This document shows, in pieces, positions 33,369 to 42,845 of a stretch of 64,000 nt of DNA. The notes beneath the pieces are model-generated. The model searched no databases, had not been told where the DNA came from, and worked only from the letters and a program-made list of their open reading frames with translations. Each line of letters begins with the position of its first letter. The first letter of the stretch is position 1. Source of the stretch: an uncultured Actinomycetota bacterium (GTDB taxonomy: Bacteria > Actinomycetota > Actinomycetes > JAHEKZ01); contig CAVQHW010000004.1 in assembly GCA_963712425.1 (NCBI GenBank), forward strand, positions 308,390-372,389. Reading direction: 5' to 3'. A program made the translations under genes and the position numbers.

Positions 33369-34375
33369 GATCCCTCGCTCATGTCTGATTCGGCTGTCTC
33401 AACGTGGTCACTTGCGTCGTCAGGTGGCTCTGCTGGGCTCTCCTGAATCTCTGGATTCCCTTGATCCGCCTGGCCTTCTGGGTTGTCTTGTTCGTCGAAC
33501 TCGTCGTGCAGGTCGAGGTCTCCCTCTGAGGTTCCCGTCCAGCGGACTGTCAGCTCGGCCAGCGGCTGCACCTGGTCGAAAGCGACAGCACCTTCGCGGA
33601 ACAGTTCGAGCAACGCTAGGAATCGTGCGATCACCGTGACGGTGTCTGGGGCGTCCGACACGAGGCCACGGAAACTGGCAGTGCGTACCCTGCGCAAGCG
33701 GTCAACCAGCAATGCCGCCTGCTCTTTCACGCTGACGGGTGGTGCGTGAACGTGACTGATCGACACTTCAGGGATCGGCTTAGGCGCCAGTGCCTTGGCA
33801 GCGAGGAGCGCGAGACCGTCGGGCCCCACACCCAGCAAAACCTCGGGCAGCAGCGAGGCCAGGTGCGGTTCGAGACCCACCACTCGGGGATGGCTCTTGC
33901 TGGCCACCCCCATCATGCGGGCCAGTTCGGCCGCAGCTGTCTTGTAGGCGCGGTACTGCAGGAGTCGGGCGAACAACAGGTCGCGCGCCTCAAGCAGAGC
34001 GAGGTCTTCTTCGTCTTCGACGTCTGCTGAAGGCAGCAGCCGTGCGGTCTTGAGATCAAGCAGGGTTGCTGCAACCACCAAGAAGTGGGTGGTCTGCTCA
34101 AGGTCCCACTCTTCACCCACGGTCTTGATGTACGTGATGAACTCGTCGGTCACCGTGCCGAGTGCTACCTCGGTGACATCCAACTTGTGCTTGGCGATCA
34201 GGCCGAGGAGCAGATCAAACGGGCCCTCGAACACCGGCAGACTGACGTGAAACCCGCTCCTGGGCTCTGTCGGGGGTTCTGCAGTCCCCTGGCCGTCACC
34301 CACGCCTCCGGCGGCTGCGTCGCTGGGGGCACTGGTGGCACCCGGGTCGGGAGCCTCGGCCGTAGTGGAGGTCAC
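33365..34375 (-). CDS. scpA: Segregation/condensation protein A (kleisin)
   Basis: FEGPFDLLLGLI, FLVVAATLLDLK..RLLP and RFLALLEL. Confidence 0.94.
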   Translation of the reverse strand: MTSTTAEAPDPGATSAPSDAAAGGVGDGQGTAEPPTEPRSGFHVSLPVFEGPFDLLLGLIAKHKLDVTEVALGTVTDEFITYIKTVGEEWDLEQTTHFLVVAATLLDLKTARLLPSADVEDEEDLALLEARDLLFARLLQYRAYKTAAAELARMMGVASKSHPRVVGLEPHLASLLPEVLLGVGPDGLALLAAKALAPKPIPEVSISHVHAPPVSVKEQAALLVDRLRRVRTASFRGLVSDAPDTVTVIARFLALLELFREGAVAFDQVQPLAELTVRWTGTSEGDLDLHDEFDEQDNPEGQADQGNPEIQESPAEPPDDASDHVETAESDMSEGS

Positions 34376-34405
34376 GGCCGAACGGTAGCCGAGCCACGCC
34401 CAGGG

Positions 34406-34885
34406 TCAGGCGTCCAGGCCCTCACGGAGCCGCCTGGCGAGGATGCTCGCCTCGCCCTTGGCTTGCAGGTCTGCCACCACCACCGCGACCGCCTCGCGGA
34501 CGATGCGGCCACGGTCGACCTTGATACCGAGATCCCGGTACAGGGTGGACTTGGCGTCGTCGAGGTCAACCAGCTCGTCCGAGGACAGGTAGACGGTGAT
34601 CTTCTCGTCGTGCCGTTGCCGGCCGGAAGGCGCACCGAGTGCCTGCCGTGCGACGCGGGTACTCAGCGACTGTCGACCTCGACCTGCACTTGAGGGTGAG
34701 GTTGAATCCCCCGCTGGGGACTGAGCCTGTGGAGATTGCTTGACACTGGCTCGCTTGGCGTCGGCTGCGCTCGTCTTCTTCGCCTGCTCTGACTTGTCCG
34801 CCTCGGACGCCTCGGCCAGCGCGGCTGACGACGAGGTAGTCCGGAAGAGTTCGTTGGCGCCTGGAAGGGATGCTCGACGGCTCAT
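34406..34885 (-). CDS. Conserved actinobacterial protein between parA and scpA (possible ribbon-helix-helix DNA binder)
   Basis: MSRRASLPGANELFR N-terminus and GRQRHDEKITVYLS...VDRGRIVREA. Translationally coupled to parA. Confidence 0.78.
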   Translation of the reverse strand: MSRRASLPGANELFRTTSSSAALAEASEADKSEQAKKTSAADAKRASVKQSPQAQSPAGDSTSPSSAGRGRQSLSTRVARQALGAPSGRQRHDEKITVYLSSDELVDLDDAKSTLYRDLGIKVDRGRIVREAVAVVVADLQAKGEASILARRLREGLDA

Positions 34886-35754
34886 CGACCCAGCACCTCC
34901 TGGGCCAGCTGCCGATAGGCGGCCGCACCGGCCGACTTCGTCGCGTACGACGTGATGGGCTCCCCCGCCACGGTGGTCTCAGGGAATCGCACCGTGCGAC
35001 TGATCACGGTATGGAAGACCCGTTCGTCGAACGCCTCGACCACCCGGGCCAAGACCTCGCGGCCATGCGTGGTCCGACTGTCGTACATCGTCGCGAGGAT
35101 GCCATCAAGTTCAAGTTCAGGGTTAAGCCTTTCCGTCACCTTTGAGATGGTGTCAATCAAGAGGGCTACCCCGCGCAGTGCGAAGAACTCGCACTCCAGG
35201 GGAATGATCACCCCGTCTGCGGCCGTCAGCGCATTGACCGTCAGGAGCCCGAGGGACGGCTGACAATCGATCAGCACGTAGTCGTACTCAGGCACCACCG
35301 ATGCGAGACCTCGACCCAGAGTCTGCTCGCGGGCGACCTCGCCGACCAGCTGCACCTCGGCCGCGCTCAGGTCGATGTTGCTCGGCAACAGGTCCATGCC
35401 AGGCGTGTTCGTCTTGAGCAAGATGTCTTCGGCCTCGATCCCCTTGTCCATCAGCAGGTTGTAGACCGTGCGGTCAAGCTCGTGCGGGTTCACCCCCAGC
35501 CCCACCGACAGCGCCCCCTGCGGATCGAAGTCGACCAGCAGCACCTTCCGGCCGAACTCGGCCAAGGCAGCGCCCAGGTTGATCGTCGTCGTGGTCTTGC
35601 CGACGCCGCCCTTCTGGTTGCACATGGCGATGACGCGAGCCGGCCCGTGCTCGACCAGCGGCTTGGGGATGGCGAACTCTGGCAGCGGACGCCCAGTCGG
35701 CCCGATCTGCTGGTCGCCCTGCATGGCACTCCCTGACGCGGGAATTGTCGACAT
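34882..35754 (-). CDS. ParA/Soj family ATPase (Rv1708-like orphan ParA)
   Basis: Deviant Walker A NQKGGVGKTT, VDFDPQG and IDCQPSLGLLT. No adjacent parB. Confidence 0.93.
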   Translation of the reverse strand: MSTIPASGSAMQGDQQIGPTGRPLPEFAIPKPLVEHGPARVIAMCNQKGGVGKTTTTINLGAALAEFGRKVLLVDFDPQGALSVGLGVNPHELDRTVYNLLMDKGIEAEDILLKTNTPGMDLLPSNIDLSAAEVQLVGEVAREQTLGRGLASVVPEYDYVLIDCQPSLGLLTVNALTAADGVIIPLECEFFALRGVALLIDTISKVTERLNPELELDGILATMYDSRTTHGREVLARVVEAFDERVFHTVISRTVRFPETTVAGEPITSYATKSAGAAAYRQLAQEVLGR

Positions 35755-35893
35755 AACCACTGATCTCTAAACCTCTCCGGAGACTTCACGACAAGTCGTC
35801 GGGCACTCTAGGCGCCCGCGACGACGCGAGGCAAGATCGAGCCCGAGTTGAGGGTGCGCTCGTGACGTTGCAACGACTCAGACTGCAGTCTGA

Positions 35894-36853
35894 TCAGGCG
35901 CGTGCCCGCGGATGAGCCGCGGCATACACCTCGCGCAAAGAGTCGACGGTGACCAGCGTGTAGATCTGCGTGGTCGTGACCGAAGCGTGGCCCAACAACT
36001 CTTGCACGACGCGCACATCGGCGCCGCCGTCAAGCAGGTGCGTTGCGAAGCTGTGGCGGAGGGTGTGCGGAGAAACGTCACCACTGATGTTGGCGCGCTC
36101 GGCAGAGGTACGCAGCACCGTCCAGGCGCTCTGCCGGCTGAGGCGTCCACCGCGACTGTTCACGAACAGGGCGGGGCTGCCGTCGCCTCGGACGGCGAGG
36201 TCAGGACGCCCGCGCACAAGGTAGGCCTCGATCGCTTCTGAGGCATAGCGACCGACAGGCACTACCCGCTCTTTGCCGCCCTTACCCCGAAGCCGCAAGG
36301 CACCCTCTTGTTGATCATGGTCATCGACGTCGAGGCCGACCGCCTCAGAGATGCGTGCTCCGGTGCCGTACAGCAGCTCGAGGAGTGCCCGGTCTCGCAG
36401 TTCTTTCGGGGTCCGGCCGTCACCAGCGGCAGCCAGCAGCGCCTCAACTTGGTCGATCCGCAGTGCCTTCGGTAGGCGACGTGGCGGAGCGGGCGGTCGC
36501 ACCGCGGCTGCGGGGTCGACCGCGCTCAGCTCTTCGAGCACCGCAAAGCGGTGAAACCCACGAACTGCGACGACGGTACGGGCGGCCGACGAAGGGGCCA
36601 GCGGCTGATGCTCCGAGTCGCCCTCGCGGAGTCGTCCGAGAAAGGCAAGAACGTGCCCCTCGGTGACCTCGTCAGGTGAATGAACCCCAACCTCGGTCAG
36701 GAACGCCTGATACCGGGCAAGGTCACGCCGATAGGACGCCAGCGAGTTCTTAGCCAGCCCTCGCTCAACCGTCAGATGCGCAACGTATTGGCTGAGGGCC
36801 CCGGCAATGGGAGTCGCCACCTCGGGTGTCGCCTCGTTGCTGGCCATGCCCAT
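35894..36853 (-). CDS. xerD: Site-specific tyrosine recombinase XerD
   Basis: [17 protein letters not shown], catalytic R (GARISE), K (GKGGK), HxxR ([10 protein letters not shown]), H (LGH) and Y (TQIYT). Canonical position after pyrG/NUDIX. Confidence 0.94.
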   Translation of the reverse strand: MGMASNEATPEVATPIAGALSQYVAHLTVERGLAKNSLASYRRDLARYQAFLTEVGVHSPDEVTEGHVLAFLGRLREGDSEHQPLAPSSAARTVVAVRGFHRFAVLEELSAVDPAAAVRPPAPPRRLPKALRIDQVEALLAAAGDGRTPKELRDRALLELLYGTGARISEAVGLDVDDHDQQEGALRLRGKGGKERVVPVGRYASEAIEAYLVRGRPDLAVRGDGSPALFVNSRGGRLSRQSAWTVLRTSAERANISGDVSPHTLRHSFATHLLDGGADVRVVQELLGHASVTTTQIYTLVTVDSLREVYAAAHPRARA

Positions 36854-36886
36854 GAATCGACCCTAGCCAGCGAGACCCACGGAATG

Positions 36887-36918
36887 GGTGAGGCCCCCAC
36901 CGCAGCGGGGGCCTCACC
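36887..36918 (-). terminator. Hairpin after ald
   Basis: 12-bp perfect stem GGTGAGGCCCCC-N8-GGGGGCCTCACC just downstream of the ald stop. Confidence 0.65.
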
Positions 36919-36934
36919 TACGTCGACTGAAGGG

Positions 36935-38050
36935 TTAGCTCAGCAGGTCGTCAACCGGGACGGTGGCCATGCCAAAGGCGTCGGCAACCGCGTCATAGGT
37001 GATCTGCCCCTGGTGGGTGTTGAGACCGGGACGCAGGGCGGCGTTGGCCCGGAGTGCTTCGCGCCACCCAAGGTTCGCCAGCTGAACCGCGTACGGAAGC
37101 GTCACGTTCGTCAGGGCGTACGTCGACGTGTGAGGCACCGCACCCGGCATGTTGGCAACGCAGTAGAAGACAGTGTCGTGCACCTTGAACGTCGGATCCG
37201 CATGCGTCGTCGGACGCGAGCCCTCAAAGCACCCGCCCTGGTCGATGGCGATGTCAACGAGCACGGCACCGGGCTTCATGCGCGTCACGAGCTCGTTGGT
37301 CACCAACTTCGGTGCCTTGGCCCCTGGGATCAGGACAGCGCCGATCACCAGGTCAGCCTCTGAAACCTCTTGCTCGATGGCATAGGAGCTCGACATCAAC
37401 GTCTGCAAGCGCCCCTGGTATACCCGATCGATCTCACCGAGTCGCTTGGCGTTGATGTCGAGAATCGTGACGTTGGCCCCCATGCCGACGGCGATCTGAG
37501 CAGCGTTGAGCCCAGATACTCCACCACCGAGCACGACGACCTTGCCGGCTTTGACGCCTGGCACCCCGCCCAGCAAGGTGCCTCGCCCACCGTTGGCCCG
37601 CTGCAACGTCGCGGCACCGACCTGCGGGCCCATGCGACCGGCGACCTCAGACATCGGCGCCAACAGCGGAAGGGAGCGATCGGGAAGCTCGACCGTCTCG
37701 TAAGCGATAGCAGTGGTTCCCGACGAAAGCAGCGCATCGGTGCACTCTCGGGACGCCGCAAGGTGCAAGTACGTGAAGAGCACTTGCTCTTTACGCATGC
37801 GGTGATACTCCTCGGCGATGGGCTCTTTGACCTTCAAGATCAGATCGCCAGCTGCCCACACATCGTCTGCAGTCGGAAGAATGGTGGCTCCGGCCGCAAC
37901 GAACTCGTCGTTCGTGATGGACGACCCCACACCTGCGTCGGTCTCGATGAAGACCTCGTGACCGTGGCGGGAGAGTTCATGGACACCGGCGGGAGTAATG
38001 GCTACCCGGTACTCGTGGTTCTTGACCTCGCGAGGGATGCCAACCTTCAC
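36935..38050 (-). CDS. ald: Alanine dehydrogenase
   Basis: KVGIPREVKNHEYRV, KVKEP, FTYLHLAA, LLAPMSEVAGR, DQGGC and YCVANMPG. GTG at 38050 after AAAGGA. Confidence 0.96.
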   Translation of the reverse strand: MKVGIPREVKNHEYRVAITPAGVHELSRHGHEVFIETDAGVGSSITNDEFVAAGATILPTADDVWAAGDLILKVKEPIAEEYHRMRKEQVLFTYLHLAASRECTDALLSSGTTAIAYETVELPDRSLPLLAPMSEVAGRMGPQVGAATLQRANGGRGTLLGGVPGVKAGKVVVLGGGVSGLNAAQIAVGMGANVTILDINAKRLGEIDRVYQGRLQTLMSSSYAIEQEVSEADLVIGAVLIPGAKAPKLVTNELVTRMKPGAVLVDIAIDQGGCFEGSRPTTHADPTFKVHDTVFYCVANMPGAVPHTSTYALTNVTLPYAVQLANLGWREALRANAALRPGLNTHQGQITYDAVADAFGMATVPVDDLLS

Positions 38051-38202
38051 GGCTATCAACGTCCTTTTGTGACCATGGGCTGGCCCATGGAACAACCAGA
38101 GCGTGCGGGCACTGCTGTGACTGGCCCGTCGCACCCCCTCGGGTCGAGGGGCGCCCGGAGTCTATCCGAGGGTGCCTCGCCCACCATGTGGAAGGGCGGA
38201 GG

Positions 38203-38871
38203 TCACAGCCCCGACAGCGCTGGGCCCGACAGAGCTGGGCCCGACCACACGGGGCCTGGCCAGGGATGGTCAGCCGGCAGCAGTCCACTCCACTCTGCCT
38301 GCTGGGCCCGCGCAGTCGCCAACAGCGCGACGACAGCCAGCGAGTTACGGACTCCGCCAGCCATGACCCGCTCGACCGCGACCTCGAGATCGACGGACCG
38401 GACGACCAGATCTCGCTCTTCGTCGGTCGGTTCGGGACGAAGTGCCGGGTCGACGTCAGCCAGGCCGCGCGCCAAGAACACCCGTACGGCTTCGCTGCTC
38501 ATGCCGGGCGAGGGGTACACGTCGATGACCGTGTGCCACGTCGACGCGGTGAGCCCCACCTCTTCGATCAGCTCGCGCTTCGCCGTGCGCAAGGGAGACT
38601 CCCCCGGTTCGTCAAGCAACCCGGCGGGGATCTCCCACAGCTCGGCAGCCACTGGGTGCCGATACTGGCGAATCAGGGTGACGCGATCCTGGTCATCGAG
38701 GGCGACGATCCCGACTGCACCCGGATGCATCACGAGGTCTCGCGACACCACTGTCTCACCGTCAAGGCGCACCCGGTCGGTCGCGATGTCCCACTTCGCG
38801 GCTTGCAGCCGTTCCGTGCGCTCAAGCACTTCGCGTGAGCCAGGCAGATCAACCAGCGATTCGTCGCTCAC
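38203..38871 (-). CDS. NUDIX hydrolase (ADP-ribose pyrophosphatase-like)
   Basis: HPGAV, RQYRHP, Nudix box PAGLLDEPGESPLRTAKRELIEEVG and SPGMS.E. Confidence 0.92.
   Translation of the reverse strand: MSDESLVDLPGSREVLERTERLQAAKWDIATDRVRLDGETVVSRDLVMHPGAVGIVALDDQDRVTLIRQYRHPVAAELWEIPAGLLDEPGESPLRTAKRELIEEVGLTASTWHTVIDVYPSPGMSSEAVRVFLARGLADVDPALRPEPTDEERDLVVRSVDLEVAVERVMAGGVRNSLAVVALLATARAQQAEWSGLLPADHPWPGPVWSGPALSGPALSGL
38210..38254. repeat. 3 x 15-bp tandem repeat in the NUDIX 3' end
   Basis: CCCGACAGCGCTGGG, CCCGACAGAGCTGGG and CCCGACCACACGGGG encode a (GPxxS)n tail. Confidence 0.7.
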
Positions 38872-38875
38872 CACA

Positions 38876-40573
38876 TCAACCGACGGACGCCGCGTCCTCG
38901 GGCGCTGGGTTGCTTGCGACCTCCAGCAGCTGCACCTGCTCTGGTTTGCGTTCGAGGGCAGCGGCGACCAGCCCAACGAAGAGCGGGTGCGCTCGAGTCG
39001 GACGCGAGCGAAACTCTGGGTGCGCCTGCGTGGCCACGTAGAACGGGTGTACATCGGTTGGCAGCTCGACGAACTCGACCAACCTGCCGTCTGGTGATGT
39101 GCCGGCGACGCGGAGCCCAGCAGACTCGAGTTGCTCGCGGTAGTCGTTGTTGACCTCGAAGCGGTGTCGATGCCGCTCTTCAACGTAGGGCTCGCCATAG
39201 ACCTGACGAACCAATGTGTCGTCACCCAATTTGGCCGGGTACAAACCGAGCCGCATCGTGCCGCCCATGTCGCGTTCGCCGGCCACCACATCGCGTTGGT
39301 CAGCCATCGTGGCAATCACCGGGTAGGGCGTCGAGTCGTCGAACTCCATCGAGTTCGCGTCGGTGAGCCCCGCCACATTGCGGGCGAACTCGATCACCAT
39401 GCACTGCAACCCGAGACACAAGCCCAAGGTCGGGATCTGGTGCTCGCGGGCGTAACGAAGCGCCCCGAGCTTGCCCTCGATCCCCCGAACCCCGAACCCT
39501 CCCGGCACACACACGGCATCGACACCGCTCAACTGCCGCGCTGCATCGTCGGTGGTGACGCAGTCGTCGGAAGTCACCCACTTGATGTTCACCCGCGCAT
39601 CGTTGGCGAAGCCACCGGCGCGAAGCGCCTCGGTCACTGAGAGGTAGGCATCGGGCAAGTCGATGTACTTACCCACCATGGCCACGGTTACTTCATGTGC
39701 CGGCTTGTGGACGCGGCGGAGCAGCTCGGCCCACTCGGTCCAGTCGACGTCGCGGAACGGCAGGCCGAGCCGGCGAACCACGTAGGCGTCCAATCCTTCG
39801 CTGTGCAACACCTTGGGGATGTCGTAAATGCTCGGTGCATCAACAGCGGCAACGACCGCCTCGTCATCGACGTCGCACATGAGGCTAACTTTGCGCTTGA
39901 TCGACGTTGGTACTGGTCGATCAGCTCGCAAGACGATGGCATCGGGCTGGATACCGATGTTGCGAAGGGCTGCCACCGAGTGCTGCGTCGGCTTGGTCTT
40001 CAACTCACCCGACGGGCCGATATACGGCAAGAGCGACACATGAACGACGAAGGTGTTGTCGCGTCCGACCTCGTGGCGAACCTGACGGACGGCTTCAAGG
40101 AATGGCAGTGACTCGATGTCACCGACGGTGCCCCCCACCTCGGTGATGACCACGTCGACATCACTGCTGGCCATGCGCCGGATCCGCGCCTTGATCTCGT
40201 TGGTGATGTGCGGAATGACCTGCACGGTGTCGCCGAGGTACTCCCCGCGCCGTTCCTTGGCGATCACTGCCGAGTAGACCTGGCCGGTGGTGACGTTGGC
40301 CGAACCCGCCAGCTCACGGTCGAGGAATCGTTCGTAGTGCCCGATGTCGAGGTCGGTCTCTGCGCCGTCGTCGGTGACAAACACCTCTCCGTGTTGGAAA
40401 GGGTTCATGGTTCCGGGGTCGACGTTGAGATAAGGGTCGAGCTTCTGCATCGTGACGCGGAGACCCCGTGCCTTCAGCAGGTTGCCGAGGCTGGACGCGG
40501 TGAGCCCCTTACCGAGGCTGGATGCCACCCCACCTACGACGAAGATGTGCCTGGTCGAATGCACGCCGGCCAA
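38876..40573 (-). CDS. pyrG: CTP synthase
   Basis: [32 protein letters not shown], glutaminase motifs GLCLGLQ and HPE. TTG start. Confidence 0.97.
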   Translation of the reverse strand: MAGVHSTRHIFVVGGVASSLGKGLTASSLGNLLKARGLRVTMQKLDPYLNVDPGTMNPFQHGEVFVTDDGAETDLDIGHYERFLDRELAGSANVTTGQVYSAVIAKERRGEYLGDTVQVIPHITNEIKARIRRMASSDVDVVITEVGGTVGDIESLPFLEAVRQVRHEVGRDNTFVVHVSLLPYIGPSGELKTKPTQHSVAALRNIGIQPDAIVLRADRPVPTSIKRKVSLMCDVDDEAVVAAVDAPSIYDIPKVLHSEGLDAYVVRRLGLPFRDVDWTEWAELLRRVHKPAHEVTVAMVGKYIDLPDAYLSVTEALRAGGFANDARVNIKWVTSDDCVTTDDAARQLSGVDAVCVPGGFGVRGIEGKLGALRYAREHQIPTLGLCLGLQCMVIEFARNVAGLTDANSMEFDDSTPYPVIATMADQRDVVAGERDMGGTMRLGLYPAKLGDDTLVRQVYGEPYVEERHRHRFEVNNDYREQLESAGLRVAGTSPDGRLVEFVELPTDVHPFYVATQAHPEFRSRPTRAHPLFVGLVAAALERKPEQVQLLEVASNPAPEDAASVG

Positions 40574-40666
40574 TGGGGGCTCCCGTGGTAGTTCCCGAAT
40601 GGGCTGGGGGCGGTTCGAGAAATCGACAACGGACTCTCAGCAACCGATCCACGGGAGGCCAGACTA
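40574..40666 (-). promoter_or_regulatory. pyrG promoter and leader with an SD-occluding stem
   Basis: Minus strand: -10 TAGTCT (40661-40666), then GGCCTCCCGTGG. CTCCCGTGG is perfectly complementary to CCACGGGAG (40580-40588), which contains the SD. Confidence 0.65.
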
Positions 40667-42841
40667 TCAGCCGCTCAGGGGCTCCGGGAGTTCGCCACGC
40701 GAGGGGTCGTAGCCCACCGGTGCCGTCGGCTCGGGCTCTTCATCGTCAACCTGGATGCACCTCACGACTACCGCCACTGCCACGGGGATAGCAAGGGTCG
40801 CAGCCATCGCGGGGATGGCAACCCCAGAGTCATTGACCAGTGCCCCGACCACCCCCAGCACGAGGACAGCAAACAGGCCGGCTCGGAGCGTGGGCACTCG
40901 GACGAAAGTCCAGGGCAAGAGACCGCTTGGTCGCCGAACGAGGAAGGCCAGGAACACCAGGACCAGGGGCACCATCAAGGTCAGGACGCTGTTCGTCAAC
41001 AGTGAGAGGTTCGCTTCGAGTTTTCGCTGGACGATCACTAGCGCGTCGCCGTCAATCACCGACTGCACGAAGCGACCGAGGTGTGTGCGGCTGTCCTCGG
41101 GGCGCAGAAAGTCGACCGTCGCAATCACGACAACCGACAAGACTCCGGCGGCTAGAAGCCCGCCGAATCGCAGCAACGACAACCGTCGACCCGTAGCAAG
41201 GATCAGCAGCGTGCCGAACGCAGGGACCAACGCGATGACCCCGCCGAAGTCACTACCTAAGAACGGGGCGCCATCGATGACGATCGCAGCAAGCCCCATG
41301 CCGATGACCACCCAGGTAGTCGTCTTCACGGACCTTCCGGACACCAGGGCAGCCGCAGCGAGCAGCATCGCCGTACCGAAGATCGCGAAAGCAAGGTTGC
41401 CGAACCCGACGAATCGACCGGCCACGATCGGCGAGTAGCCGGCAAGGCTCGCGAGCTGCAGCTGGGCTCCTGCCACCAGGTCGCATACCAGGACGATCGC
41501 GGTTAAGCCGGCCACCACTCCTGCTGGTCCGAACGGATGGCTGCGCCACGGGCCGGCGAAAGCGATGGCGGTGAGTGTTGCCCCCGACAAACTGATGGCT
41601 ACCAGAAGCGATGGCACGGGATGCTCGGCCTGCCACCACGGCAGGACATTGGCCAAGTAGGTTGCGGCTGGCCCTGCCGCTGCGGCGACGGCCACGACAT
41701 GGGTGAAGCTGAGGACACGCGACCTGGTGCGGTCACGAGGGTGGCGTCGAAGGATCACGAACGCACCGAGATACAAGATCGCCTGCAGCAAGACCAACAG
41801 TCCGAAGAATGGCGGCGTCAACTGGCCTTGCACATCAGCCTGTTGAGCGAGCTCACCGAACCATGTCACGCGGTCATCAACTCCGGCTGACGTTGAGCGC
41901 ATCGGTTGGTACGGCATCTGCGACGGTGCCGCGATGCCCAGTTGCTCGAGCACCGTCGGAGCGACGTCTGACAGCTGGACGAACGGCGCACGTCTGGTTG
42001 ACCCACTTTCGAGGACACCACCGGTGAAACCAGGACCATTGAGCAGTGCGAAATGCAGTTGCGCACGTTCCTCAGGTAGGTCGGAGACCCCGAGCACCAT
42101 CAACAGTGAGTTCCTCGGACGCATGGCGTCGATCGACTCGACGGTGCCATCGAGCCCAGACATCTCACCGAGCCGTCGCTCCGACGACAGCGGTGGCACA
42201 CCAACGACCGAGAGCGCACAGTCACGCAGCGAGCTCGGCGTCAGCGAAATGGGATCGTCGATCCACTTGGTCACGTAGCCGTTCTCGTCGGCGGCACCCA
42301 GGGCGCTGCCGGGTCCGGTGGCCAACGCGCATTCGGCGTTGTCTCTCAGGGTCTGTCCCAGAAGCCCAGGAACGGCATCAAAGGTCAGCGACTCGTTCTC
42401 GGCAACGACGGCCGACCACCGGTCGACGCGCGCGCCGCCGTCATCCTCAGCTTCCACCTCCGGCAACGGAGGACAACCGTCCTCGATGGGTTCGACTGGC
42501 ATCGGAAACCTGGCCCGGTTGCCAGTGCCCAGCTGCACCCAACCATCGGCGGGGCAGGTGCGGGAGCGAGCTGAACGGGTACTCATCTGCCCGAGAGCCG
42601 AAACCTCAGACAACTCCCACAGGTACGGCGTCCGCTGCGCATCAACGTCAGTCCATCGCAGCCCTGGCACGCCGACGACGATCACCGACGGCTCGCGGAG
42701 TTTCACGGTCTCTGCCTGCGGTGTCGCGGCAGCGGCGGGCGCCACGACACCGACCATCAGCGCCATCGACGCAGCTATCACGGCAACCGCGGCTATACCG
42801 GTCCGCGCGCGAACCCCGATCAGAGCAACGAACGTCAACAC
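40667..42841 (-). CDS. Large membrane protein: extracytoplasmic alkaline-phosphatase-like core plus ~11 TM domain
   Basis: Signal-like N-terminus, VIVVGVPGLRW and VQLSDVAPTVL..LG segments, then many TM helices with GRFVGFGN, GSDFGG, THLGRF and NDSG motifs. Confidence 0.75.
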   Translation of the reverse strand: MLTFVALIGVRARTGIAAVAVIAASMALMVGVVAPAAAATPQAETVKLREPSVIVVGVPGLRWTDVDAQRTPYLWELSEVSALGQMSTRSARSRTCPADGWVQLGTGNRARFPMPVEPIEDGCPPLPEVEAEDDGGARVDRWSAVVAENESLTFDAVPGLLGQTLRDNAECALATGPGSALGAADENGYVTKWIDDPISLTPSSLRDCALSVVGVPPLSSERRLGEMSGLDGTVESIDAMRPRNSLLMVLGVSDLPEERAQLHFALLNGPGFTGGVLESGSTRRAPFVQLSDVAPTVLEQLGIAAPSQMPYQPMRSTSAGVDDRVTWFGELAQQADVQGQLTPPFFGLLVLLQAILYLGAFVILRRHPRDRTRSRVLSFTHVVAVAAAAGPAATYLANVLPWWQAEHPVPSLLVAISLSGATLTAIAFAGPWRSHPFGPAGVVAGLTAIVLVCDLVAGAQLQLASLAGYSPIVAGRFVGFGNLAFAIFGTAMLLAAAALVSGRSVKTTTWVVIGMGLAAIVIDGAPFLGSDFGGVIALVPAFGTLLILATGRRLSLLRFGGLLAAGVLSVVVIATVDFLRPEDSRTHLGRFVQSVIDGDALVIVQRKLEANLSLLTNSVLTLMVPLVLVFLAFLVRRPSGLLPWTFVRVPTLRAGLFAVLVLGVVGALVNDSGVAIPAMAATLAIPVAVAVVVRCIQVDDEEPEPTAPVGYDPSRGELPEPLSG

Positions 42842-42845
42842 GTGA

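Noticed and set aside
35746-35773. Second dif-like half site TTATGTCGACA on the minus strand near xerD
   Set aside because: It is the parA start region (ATG TCG ACA), and no XerC-arm GATAA occurs at the 6-bp spacing.
35894-36853. Tyrosine recombinase as a prophage/ICE integrase
   Set aside because: Sequence features and the pyrG-NUDIX-xerD-parA-scpAB synteny identify housekeeping XerD. No phage or conjugation genes are nearby.
38210-38254. 15-bp repeats at the NUDIX 3' end as a functional element
   Set aside because: Only three degenerate in-frame units extending a low-complexity tail, most likely local slippage.
37370-39097. 575-aa plus-strand ORF, and other long antisense ORFs such as 12007-12897, 42046-43341 and 47832-48884
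   Set aside because: They are shadows of well-supported minus-strand genes (ald/NUDIX/pyrG, gcvP, GT4, steA) in high-GC DNA and have no recognisable motifs.
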